29,790 nt of DNA from Methanomicrobiales archaeon (GTDB lineage Archaea > Halobacteriota > Methanomicrobia > Methanomicrobiales > Methanospirillaceae): assembly GCA_037137755.1 (NCBI GenBank), contig JBAXJR010000029.1, forward strand, positions 1 to 29,790, read 5' to 3'. Both the position numbers and the translations under genes were made by a program. Position 1 is the stretch's first letter. Each line of letters opens with the position of its first letter. The notes under the pieces were generated by a model, which made no database searches, had not been told where the DNA came from, and was given only the letters and a program-made list of their open reading frames with translations. This document shows positions 18,890-27,419 of this stretch, in pieces.

Positions 18890-20128
18890 ATGGCAGCGAA
18901 AGGCGACATGGTCTATGCATGGACCACGGATAAGGAGATCGCAGATAAGGCAGAGCTCGGTGGCGCCGTAACCGGGCTCCTCAAGTTTGCCCTCGAAAAG
19001 AAAATTGTGGATGCAGTACTCGTTGTTAAGAAAGGCCAGGACCTCTATGATGCGGTGCCTACCTTGGTGACAAACCCTGCAGACCTCAAGAACACCGCGG
19101 GTTCGCTCCACTGTGGTACAATGCTCCTCTCGAAACTCGTCAAGAAGTACCTTGAAGGTGCCGAGACCATGAAGATCGGGATCACCGTAAAAGGCTGCGA
19201 CATGATGGGGTTATACGAGCTGGCAAAGCGCCAGCAGATCAACCTCGACAATATTGTCATGATCGGTGTCAACTGCGGTGGTTCGGTAAGCCCTGTCATG
19301 GCAAGAAAAATGATCAAGGAGAAGTTCCAGATTGACCCGGACACGGTCAAGAAAGAGGAGATCGACAAGGGCCAGTTTATCATCGAGTTCGAGGGTGGCC
19401 ACAAGGGTATCTCCATGGACGAGCTCGAAGAAGAGGGCTATGGCCGGCGTACAAACTGCCGCCGCTGTAAACTGAAAGTCCCCCGCGGTGCAGATCTTGC
19501 CTGCGGTAACTGGGGTGTTATCGGTGATAAGGCAGGAAAGGCAACCTTTGTGGAAGTTTGCAGCCAGAAGGGTGCTGACCTGCTTTCACAAGCCGAAAAG
19601 GCCGGCGTCATCAAGACCGAAAAGGCCAATGAGAAGGGTATTGAGATCCGTGGAAAGGTTGAAAGCGCAATGCTGAAACTTGGGGACAAGTGGCGTGCCA
19701 AAGACTTTGCCGGTCTCGGTGAGGGAAGAAAACGCCTTGAAACAATTGTGAAACAGACCTCCAAGTGTATCAAGTGCTACTCCTGCATTGAAGCATGTCC
19801 GATCTGCTACTGCGTCGAGTGCAGCACGCGTAAGCCCTACCTCGTGACTCCGGGAGAAGTTCCCCCGAACTTCATGTTCCACCTGATCAGGTTCTCTCAC
19901 ATCTCTGACAGCTGCATCAACTGTGGCCAGTGCCAGGAACTCTGCCCGATGGATATCCCGAACGCCCTCTTCATGCATGCACAGCAGGTTGAGATGGAGA
20001 AGATGTTCGGACACACACCAGGTATCAGCATGGAATTACCAGTACTTGGGTTCGCAGAAGAGAAGACCGAACGTGAACGGCTGTCCGCAACAGGAAGCGA
20101 CCAGATATTCGATATCTTCAAGGCCTAA
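18890..20128 (+). CDS. fdhB: F420-dependent formate dehydrogenase beta subunit
   Basis: GGAVTGLL, GSLHCG, GVNCGG, GRRTNCRRC, ADLACGNWG, two [4Fe-4S] motifs (CIKCYSCIEACP; CINCGQCQELCP). Confidence 0.96.
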   Translation: MAAKGDMVYAWTTDKEIADKAELGGAVTGLLKFALEKKIVDAVLVVKKGQDLYDAVPTLVTNPADLKNTAGSLHCGTMLLSKLVKKYLEGAETMKIGITVKGCDMMGLYELAKRQQINLDNIVMIGVNCGGSVSPVMARKMIKEKFQIDPDTVKKEEIDKGQFIIEFEGGHKGISMDELEEEGYGRRTNCRRCKLKVPRGADLACGNWGVIGDKAGKATFVEVCSQKGADLLSQAEKAGVIKTEKANEKGIEIRGKVESAMLKLGDKWRAKDFAGLGEGRKRLETIVKQTSKCIKCYSCIEACPICYCVECSTRKPYLVTPGEVPPNFMFHLIRFSHISDSCINCGQCQELCPMDIPNALFMHAQQVEMEKMFGHTPGISMELPVLGFAEEKTERERLSATGSDQIFDIFKA

Positions 20129-20339
20129 TAATCCGGCCTGTTATTCCTTTTTTATTGGGTTCGATTACCCGGGTATTAATCAATACACTGGGTTTTGTTG
20201 AAACAGACATTAACGGGAAATTCACACCCGGACCCCTTGAAAATTCCCGTTCAGAATCTCCCTATATTAGGGTTCAATTAACAATGTAATATGAAAACAG
20301 ACATGATGCCGAAGGGCCACAAGCATACATGATGAAAAT

Positions 20340-20512
20340 TGAATCTCCTGGGCATGTTTTAATAATGTGGGCCGGCAAGGCTGCGAGCATTTTGGGACCG
20401 GGATCCCGTCATGAAAACTAGCCAAATATGACTCACGAGCACCCAAGTGCGTCCGAGAGCGCGAATGACAAAGTGACCAACGAGGAATCATTCTGCCCAC
20501 AAGGGGGAGGAT
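20340..20512 (+). ncRNA. Candidate bridge/seek RNA in the IS110 non-coding end
   Basis: About 170-nt non-coding end with helices TGTGGGC(20366-72)/GCCCACA(20495-501), GTCAT(20408-12)/ATGAC(20428-32) and GAATGA(20463-68)/TCATTC(20488-93). Confidence 0.45.
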
Positions 20513-21772
20513 ATGGGAAAGCAGAGAAGTAAAGTTTGTGGAATAGATGTTCACAAAAGATTTCTGGTAGCCACAATAGCAGATAAGACCGGTTACAGGA
20601 AGATCAAAAAATTCTCTAACGAAATTGAACCCCTTTTACAATTGCGAGAATGGATTTTCGAGGAGCACTGTGAAACCGTAGCATTTGAATCGACCGGAGA
20701 ATACTGGTATTCACTCCATGATATTCTCCATGGATATGTAGAGATAATAGTTGCAAATGCTTATCATATCAAATGGATTCCAGGGAAAAAAACAGATAAC
20801 ATCGATTCCGAATGGATAGCGGAACTTGTATTGAATGATTTGATCTCCCCTTCCTGTATACTGCCAGAAGAACAACGGGAAATCCGAGCACTTTCCCGGC
20901 TTCGTGAGAAGTTAGTCAAGGAAAGGACAGATCACAAAAACTGGGTGCATAAAATCCTCGATTCGGCGTGTATCAGGTTATCAGTAATCCTATCTGACAT
21001 ATTCGGTAAATCAGGTCTGACGATTTTGAAAGGTATCCTGTCAGGGGTCCCAATCGATGAGATTATCAAAAAACTACCGAAAAGATATCAATCGAGGTCT
21101 GATGAGATTAAAGGAGAAATTCAGTCTGAATTGTCAGAACGGCAGATGATACAGCTTCAGACCTCCCTCGTAATGATCGAATACCTGAATACGAAAATAA
21201 AGTAACTTGAATAGGCAATTCTCAATGAATTACGCAAAAATAGAAGAGAATTGCAAATACTGATGTCTGTTCCGGGTATCGGATATATCGGAGCTACAAC
21301 TTTGCTGGCCGAAGTCGGAGACATCAGGGATATTCCTTCCCCCAATAAATTAGCCAAATGGGCTGGAATAACACCCAGAGTCTACCAGTCTGTTGATAAA
21401 CTTCACACAGGTTCAATTACCAAACAAGGACCCAAACATCTTCGCTGGGTCTTAATTGAAAGTGCTCATGCTTGCGTCAGGTCGAAAAATTCTAAAATTA
21501 GGACTTTCTTTGACCGGATTTTTGCCAGATTTGGTTATAAGAAGGCCATTGTAGTTGTTGCTAGAAAAATTCTCAAACTGTTTTGGCATCTTCTTTCAAA
21601 TGATGAATTATACGAAAATGATGCTCCTCTGGCCCATAAACATTCCAGGTTACCGAGTCCGAAAGTATCAACATCATTTACCTTATCTGAAGCAATTGAG
21701 TTAATCGTAAAAGCGGGCTTCTATGTTGTAAATTCTGATAACTCATTAAATAAAAGAGATCTGGGGACCTGA
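20513..21772 (+). pseudogene. IS110-family (DEDD/Piv-MooV) transposase pseudogene
   Basis: GIDVHK, FESTG and KTDNID catalytic motifs; C-terminal SVPGIG..WAGITP..YQS..ITKQG..LRW..ARK. Both halves are in one frame, split by TAA 21203-05 and TAG 21212-14. Confidence 0.92.
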
Positions 21773-21801
21773 CTATCCCCTTGATTTTCATTGGAAAAAG
21801 A

Positions 21802-22248
21802 TTACCAGAGATTATTTGTAACCTGCCAGCCCTGTCCCCTGAGTTCATCATCAGATGCAAACGGGTCAAGCTTGAAATTATTGGTCCGGGAGGGTTCTAT
21901 CTGACTGTACCTGAAAAGAACTGGTGTCTTTACCGACCAATTTGAATACTGGAAACCCGGGTAATTTGTAGACGTATAGGTAGGGACCCTCCAGGACGTG
22001 GAGAGAAAATCCGGGTCTGAAAGTGACTTGTACACCGATTTCCCACTCCAGTTTGAATTAAAGAAGGAAGGATCGGCAAAGGGACTGGTGTACTTTAGCG
22101 GTGCCCACCCGGGAGAGAAGAAGTCAGGGTCTGACGTTGCCCCGGGGTTTATTGTGGCGTCCGCAGCCGCGACCAAAGGAACACCACTACCTATTGTAAA
22201 GACTAGGAGGGAGATTATCAAGAACAGTTTCACACGTATAAATTTCAT
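21802..22248 (-). CDS. Secreted protein with 18-19 aa DPxF-x4-W repeats, function unknown
   Basis: Signal peptide MKFIRVKLFLIISLLVFTIGSGVPLVAAA; repeats DPDFFSPGW, DPSFFNSNW, DPDFLSTSW, YPGFQYSNW. Confidence 0.78.
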   Translation of the reverse strand: MKFIRVKLFLIISLLVFTIGSGVPLVAAADATINPGATSDPDFFSPGWAPLKYTSPFADPSFFNSNWSGKSVYKSLSDPDFLSTSWRVPTYTSTNYPGFQYSNWSVKTPVLFRYSQIEPSRTNNFKLDPFASDDELRGQGWQVTNNLW

Positions 22249-22409
22249 ACTTCTCAATTCGTTTCAATGAATTAAAATCTTCTCGTACCGGCACCCCGAA
22301 ACTGTCTGTGCACTCGGCGATCGAATAAGAGAATGTATATGTTGCCTGATTGCCAATCTAATGTCATAGAGGTTCATAACGGGGACCAGAGGGAGAGCTG
22401 AATGTTTTC

Positions 22410-23630
22410 ATGGAACTGAAATCATGTAAAAAATCGTACAATTCAGAGACACAACGGACAATTCCCCCGGAAGAGACACTTCTAAAAGTAGAATCACTCC
22501 TTCCGGTGGCAGGTATCACGAGAGTCGCAGATATCACCAGTCTTGACCGCATAGGAATCCCCGTATTTTCAAGTATCCGCCCTATGGCAAAGGACGGTGC
22601 GATATCGGTCTATAACGGGAAAGGTGCCACCCCGGTCGAGGCGAAGGTTTCGGCAATGATGGAAGGTATCGAACGTTGTTCCGCAGAGCCTTCGTTACGG
22701 GAGACCGTAAATGCTGCCTATGGGGCACTTCCACTCGGAATGCGTGCGATTGACCCGAACGACCTGGTACTGCCTGAAGGCGGGGATACATCAGTAATGG
22801 TCCCCTGGGTGGAGGGATATGATATTGCAAATAACAGGGAGATATGGGTCCCCGTTCATGCAGTATTCCACCCGCTCCCGCGTTACACCCTCCCGCTTTT
22901 CCGTACCAATACGAACGGCCTGGCATCAGGAAATACCCGTGAAGAGGCAATATTTCATGCGTTGATGGAACTGATCGAACGGGATGCCTGGTCGCTCGCA
23001 GAGATCACGAGACGGACAGGCCCGCGGGTTGTGAATATCAGTTCAGGGCTGGAAAAGGAATTACTTGACAAATTCACTAACGCCGGCGTTGAAGTAATTA
23101 TCAAGGATATTACGAGTGATATCGGGATCCCGACCATTGCAGCCGTATCAGATGATGTCCAGCTGAAAGACCCGACACTCCTTACCATCGGGATGGGCAC
23201 ACATACCAGTGCCAAAATAGCCCTGCTCCGGGCGCTGACCGAGGTGGCCCAGAGCAGGCTGACACAGATCCACGGGGCCAGGGAAGATACGGAGGTCGCC
23301 GATTTTCGGAGGAAGATCGGGTATGAGCGGACCAGGAGACTGAACCGGTACTGGTTCGAATCTGACAGGGAGGTGGACCTTGCAACAATTCCTTCCAGCG
23401 ACACCGATGATTTCCTCACTGATATCAGGAACGTAATCGAAGCACTTGGAAACGCAGGACTCAACAAGGTGATCGTAGTCGATCTTACCCGACCCGATAT
23501 CGGGGTGCCGGTCGTCCGGGTTATTGTCCCGGGACTCGAGGTATTCGCGATGGACGGGGAGCGTTCCGGGAGGCGCTGTAATGAGGCACGAACTCGTCGT
23601 GTTCCTCGGGCCGAGTCTTCCCATCCATGA
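22410..23630 (+). CDS. ycaO: YcaO-family thioamide synthetase (McrA glycine thioamidation; methanogenesis marker 1)
   Basis: GITRVADITSLDRIGIPV, GKG, SAMMEGIER, TNGLASGN, ELIERDA, TEVAQSR, VPVVRVIVPGLE. Confidence 0.95.
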   Translation: MELKSCKKSYNSETQRTIPPEETLLKVESLLPVAGITRVADITSLDRIGIPVFSSIRPMAKDGAISVYNGKGATPVEAKVSAMMEGIERCSAEPSLRETVNAAYGALPLGMRAIDPNDLVLPEGGDTSVMVPWVEGYDIANNREIWVPVHAVFHPLPRYTLPLFRTNTNGLASGNTREEAIFHALMELIERDAWSLAEITRRTGPRVVNISSGLEKELLDKFTNAGVEVIIKDITSDIGIPTIAAVSDDVQLKDPTLLTIGMGTHTSAKIALLRALTEVAQSRLTQIHGAREDTEVADFRRKIGYERTRRLNRYWFESDREVDLATIPSSDTDDFLTDIRNVIEALGNAGLNKVIVVDLTRPDIGVPVVRVIVPGLEVFAMDGERSGRRCNEARTRRVPRAESSHP

Positions 23631-24240
23631 CGCGGAGCAGATTCTTCCCGCAGAATACCTTCCACCCGCAAAAAGGGGAGATATCCCCCTCGCTGTCAGC
23701 CAGGGAGCCAGGATTATCTGCCTCATCGATGGCGTCTTCTTCCAGGACTGTTCGGTAGGACACCGGGAGATATTGGCGGCGATCGAAAAAAAGGTCAGGG
23801 TTATCGGATCCTCGAGCATGGGGGCACTCAGGGCGTCTGAACTCGATACCCTTGGCATGGAAGGCATAGGCGAGATTTACCAGTGGTATAAAAACGGGGA
23901 TGTCGAATCGGATGATGAAGTCGCATTGATCTTCGACCCCGAGTCAGGCATCGCCCTTTCAATTCCGCTGGTAAATATACGGCATATCCTGGACCTTGCC
24001 GCAGGGAAGGGGATCATCGACAGGGCACAGAAGGAAATCCTGTTCAGGACCGCACAATCATTATATTTCCCGGATCGGACCTGGGACCGGATAAGGGAAC
24101 TTGCGTACGAAAATATTCCTGCACCAATTCTTGATAAATTTATACAGTATGCAGAGAACGGGCCTGACCTGAAGCGTGAAGATGCTATCAGGGCGTTGAA
24201 CTTTACCCGGGACACGGCAGAAGAGTTGGGTATTATTTGA
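23581..24240 (+). CDS. tfuA: TfuA-family thioamidation partner
   Basis: VFLGPSL, PPAKRGD, IDGVF, HREIL, SSMGALRASEL, DDEVAL, DLKREDA; overlaps the ycaO 3' end by 50 nt. Confidence 0.95.
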   Translation: MRHELVVFLGPSLPIHDAEQILPAEYLPPAKRGDIPLAVSQGARIICLIDGVFFQDCSVGHREILAAIEKKVRVIGSSSMGALRASELDTLGMEGIGEIYQWYKNGDVESDDEVALIFDPESGIALSIPLVNIRHILDLAAGKGIIDRAQKEILFRTAQSLYFPDRTWDRIRELAYENIPAPILDKFIQYAENGPDLKREDAIRALNFTRDTAEELGII

Positions 24241-24260
24241 GATCCGGGATATTCCCTGCA

Positions 24261-25169
24261 TTATGTCACAGCAAGCATGCGTTCGATTGCCTTCCGGGCC
24301 CGCGATGCAGTATGCTCTGGTACCGATACCCGGGGTGCCTGGTTTTCAAGGGACTGAAGGATAAGTGAAAGAGTAGTCTTTTTCATATTGGAACAGACGG
24401 CCCGGTCTGAAAGTGGGTAACAGGACTTCCCGGGACACTCTTTTTGCATCCGGTACAAGATCCCGATTTCTGTTCCGATGATATATGCGGGTTTATTGCC
24501 CTGGCAGACATGGCGGATCATCCCGGAGGTGCTGTACACAAAATTCGCGGCATCGATTACCTCCGGCCTGCATTCGGGGTGCACGAGTACCTCTGCCCCG
24601 GGATGACCTTCTTTTGCCCGGGTCACATCCTCGAGCGTGATCCGGTCATGGACGATACAATACCCTTCCCACGGGATTACCTGTTTTTTTGTAAACCGGG
24701 CCACGTAACGGGCGAGGTTCCTGTCCGGGACAAAGAGTACCTGGTCTTCCCCGAGTGAATTGACAATCTTCACCGCATTTGCCGATGTGCAACAGATATC
24801 GCTTTCCGCTTTCACCTCTGCAGTGGTATTCACATAAGCAACCACGGCAGCATCAGGAAAGCGGGTCCTTGCAGACCGGATCTCTTCTGCCGTGACCATT
24901 TCTGCCATCGGGCAACCGGCGTCATGGGCGGGGAGTATGACGTTTTTTTGCGGGGACAGTATTGCCGCGGTTTCTGCCATGAAATCGACCCCACAAAACA
25001 CAATGACACTCCCATCAAGGGAGGCTGCAGCCCTTGAAAGTTCCAGCGAGTCCCCGATGAGGTCAGCCACGTCCTGCACGGGTCCTTCCTGGTAATTGTG
25101 AGCAAGGATTATCGCATCCTTCTCTTCCTTCAATGCAATGATTTTTTCCTTGATGCGGTTTTCATCCAT
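24261..25169 (-). CDS. nadA: Quinolinate synthase
   Basis: LAHNYQ, GDSLELS, FCGVDFMAET, GCPMA, YVNT, CTSANA, CIVH, HPEC, CSNMK. Confidence 0.97.
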   Translation of the reverse strand: MDENRIKEKIIALKEEKDAIILAHNYQEGPVQDVADLIGDSLELSRAAASLDGSVIVFCGVDFMAETAAILSPQKNVILPAHDAGCPMAEMVTAEEIRSARTRFPDAAVVAYVNTTAEVKAESDICCTSANAVKIVNSLGEDQVLFVPDRNLARYVARFTKKQVIPWEGYCIVHDRITLEDVTRAKEGHPGAEVLVHPECRPEVIDAANFVYSTSGMIRHVCQGNKPAYIIGTEIGILYRMQKECPGKSCYPLSDRAVCSNMKKTTLSLILQSLENQAPRVSVPEHTASRARKAIERMLAVT

Positions 25170-25184
25170 GAACTGGGCCCCCTT

Positions 25185-25205
25185 ACCCCCTCATTGGGAG
25201 GGGGT
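25185..25205. promoter_or_regulatory. 8-bp inverted repeat upstream of nadA
   Basis: ACCCCCTC-ATTGG-GAGGGGGT, between a minus-strand TATA-like AAATATA (about 25212-25218) and the nadA ATG. Confidence 0.4.
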
Positions 25206-25431
25206 CTATTGTATATTTCCACCCGGAGTGCGCTTGAAAATGTAAATTGCCGGGCAGGCATTTTTTATTACGTTGTATGTATGGGAAAAAAGCCTTACCG
25301 GTTGTAGAGATAGCTTCAGGAAGGATCCTGGTACCACCTGTCCACAAGCGATATCTTGAGGTGGGAATGGGATAGACTTAGTACCAGACAAAACGAGCTG
25401 ATCATCTGAACAAAAGCGAGGTGAACGTCTG

Positions 25432-25626
25432 ATGCGACTGCAATTACCCGACGGTACCACACGTAATGTAACCGGAGATGCCAAAACCGTGGCCACACTA
25501 CTTGCCGATTGTAACATCAACCCACTGGAAGTGATCGTCACAAAAAATGGCAGGCTGATCCCGGAGGACGCAACCGTATCAGGAAATGATGAAATCCGGG
25601 TATTTCGCGTTGCGCACGGGGGGTAG
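25432..25626 (+). CDS. ThiS/MoaD/SAMP ubiquitin-like sulfur carrier
   Basis: 64-aa beta-grasp pattern, NG motif, C-terminal ...RVAHGG. Confidence 0.93.
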   Translation: MRLQLPDGTTRNVTGDAKTVATLLADCNINPLEVIVTKNGRLIPEDATVSGNDEIRVFRVAHGG

Positions 25627-25631
25627 AACCA

Positions 25632-26570
25632 GTGGACACAACCACAGCAAAAAGAGACCCCATCCCCACCTGTGATAACTGTGTTGAACCCGCGATATTC
25701 TTCGACCCCGGGTTACAACGCCATCTGTGCGCGAAACACCTCTGCCTGGGTGTGGAACTGCGTGTTATCGATAGTGTTACGAGTCACGGTATGGTCCATG
25801 ATGGAGACAGGATAGCCGTTGGTCTTTCGGGTGGAAAAGACAGCTCAGTCCTCCTGTCAATCCTGTCTCATATCGTTCCGGAACGATGGGATGCTGAAAT
25901 CGTCGCTGTCACGGTTGACGAAGGGATTGCGGGATACCGCGAAGAAACGATACAGTCAGCGGTGTCACTCACGCAACAATTAGGAATACCCCACCATATC
26001 GTCTCTTTCCATTCCTTGTTCGGAACAACACTCGACTCGCTCCTCGGTGCCCATCCGCTGCGGGCATGTACCGCATGTGGAATTCTCAGGAAAAAAGCCC
26101 TGTCAGATGCGGCAAGGGAGATTGACGCGACCAGCATCGCTACCGGTCATAACCTTGATGATGCTGCCCAGTCAGTCCTGATGAATTACCTCAGGGGTGA
26201 TTTTGAACGCCTCCTTCGTGACAGCAGCTCCCGGGAAGACCGAGGGTTTATCCGGCGGATCAAACCACTCGCTGATGTAAATGAGAAAGAGATCACGCTC
26301 TATAGCATGATCAACGGCATCACCGGACATTTGCCCGAATGTCCCTATGCGACCACCGCGTTCCGGGCTGAAGTAAGGACTCTGCAGGCCGCGATCGAAT
26401 ACCATTACCCGGGTGCATCACACCGTATTATACAAGGGCAGGAGAACCTGGTCACAATGGCTCATAAGTCTATGACTGACAGAACCATCGACCAATGTTC
26501 TGTATGCGGGGACCCTTGTAGTCGAAGGATTTGCCAGGCATGCGGTTTGCTGGCGGAATTGGAAAAATAA
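25632..26570 (+). CDS. TtuA/Ncs6-like tRNA 2-thiolation enzyme (TIGR00269-like)
   Basis: N-terminal CxxC..LCxxH, SGGKDS PP-loop, CTACGILR, TGHNLDD, ECPY, C-terminal CxxC-x7-CxxC. Confidence 0.9.
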   Translation: MDTTTAKRDPIPTCDNCVEPAIFFDPGLQRHLCAKHLCLGVELRVIDSVTSHGMVHDGDRIAVGLSGGKDSSVLLSILSHIVPERWDAEIVAVTVDEGIAGYREETIQSAVSLTQQLGIPHHIVSFHSLFGTTLDSLLGAHPLRACTACGILRKKALSDAAREIDATSIATGHNLDDAAQSVLMNYLRGDFERLLRDSSSREDRGFIRRIKPLADVNEKEITLYSMINGITGHLPECPYATTAFRAEVRTLQAAIEYHYPGASHRIIQGQENLVTMAHKSMTDRTIDQCSVCGDPCSRRICQACGLLAELEK

Positions 26571-26654
26571 GGCTAAATAGTGCGGATTTTGTTAAATAAA
26601 AAGCAGGTTCGCATAACGATTATAATTTAACCCAATCTCTGGAAAACAAATCAC

Positions 26655-27419
26655 TTACTCCCTGTTCCCAGCCCCCCGAACCCGTTCCGGGTGGGTGTAA
26701 ATATTCATCTGGTCGCTTCGTGCAAACCCGATAATGGTAAGACCAGTCTTCTCAGCCATTTCCACGGCAAGGCTTGTCGTTGCACTCCGCGATACGATGA
26801 CCGGTATTCCCGCAATGAGGCATTTCCGTACCATTTCTGATGATACCCGTCCTGAACTGACAGCAAACATTTGTGAAAAAATAATATTGTTCAAAAGACC
26901 GTAACCGATAACGCGGTCAAGGGCGTTATGCCGGCCGATATCCTCTGCTATGCAGACTACCCCGTCCGTGGTGAAAATCCCGACGATATGGACGCCACCG
27001 GTCTTTGCATGGAGGTCTGACTGGAGTGTCTGTTTCATTGCGTTCCTTATATCTGCCACATCGATTACGAGGTCTGATATTATTTTCGGGAGCTTTGCCA
27101 CGTCGAGGAAAGAGGAGGAACCACCGCACCCGGAGAGGACGGTTTTCTTGGAGATGAGAATTTTAAAAGGGTTTTTTGTCAGTACACTGACACGGTCAGG
27201 TTCAATCTGCATCGATTCGATCTCATCCGGCTCATGGATGATGCGCTCGGTATAGAGGAGCCCGGTAACCAGTTCACGGACCATTACCGGGCTTGTCATC
27301 ACGGTGAGGGCATGCCTGCCATTAACGGTAATGGTGAGGGGTACCTCTAGTACCACTTCATGTTCCGATTCGGAAAATATGCCCGCTTTTTCCCTGGTGC
27401 AACGAACGACCTTGTACAT
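26655..27419 (-). CDS. fdhD: Formate dehydrogenase accessory sulfurtransferase FdhD
   Basis: E.PL.I.VNG, SGCG, TGGVH, EDIGRHNALDRVIG, SGRVSSEMVRK, SATTSLAV, GFAR. Confidence 0.96.
   Translation of the reverse strand: MYKVVRCTREKAGIFSESEHEVVLEVPLTITVNGRHALTVMTSPVMVRELVTGLLYTERIIHEPDEIESMQIEPDRVSVLTKNPFKILISKKTVLSGCGGSSSFLDVAKLPKIISDLVIDVADIRNAMKQTLQSDLHAKTGGVHIVGIFTTDGVVCIAEDIGRHNALDRVIGYGLLNNIIFSQMFAVSSGRVSSEMVRKCLIAGIPVIVSRSATTSLAVEMAEKTGLTIIGFARSDQMNIYTHPERVRGAGNRE

Larger units (their letters stand above)
20325..21795 (+). mobile_element. IS110-family insertion sequence (inactivated); boundaries approximate
   Basis: Lower-GC segment with a DEDD transposase. Candidate sub-terminal inverted repeats ATGAAAAT (20332-20339) and ATTTTCAT (21784-21791). 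Confidence 0.82.

Noticed and set aside
21203-21214. Pyrrolysine or other readthrough of the transposase TAG
   Set aside because: A TAA precedes it in frame, so amber suppression alone could not restore the protein.
21937-22131. CRISPR-like array suggested by ~57-nt periodicity
   Set aside because: The repeats are conserved at protein level with synonymous divergence; there are no identical DNA repeats and no cas genes.
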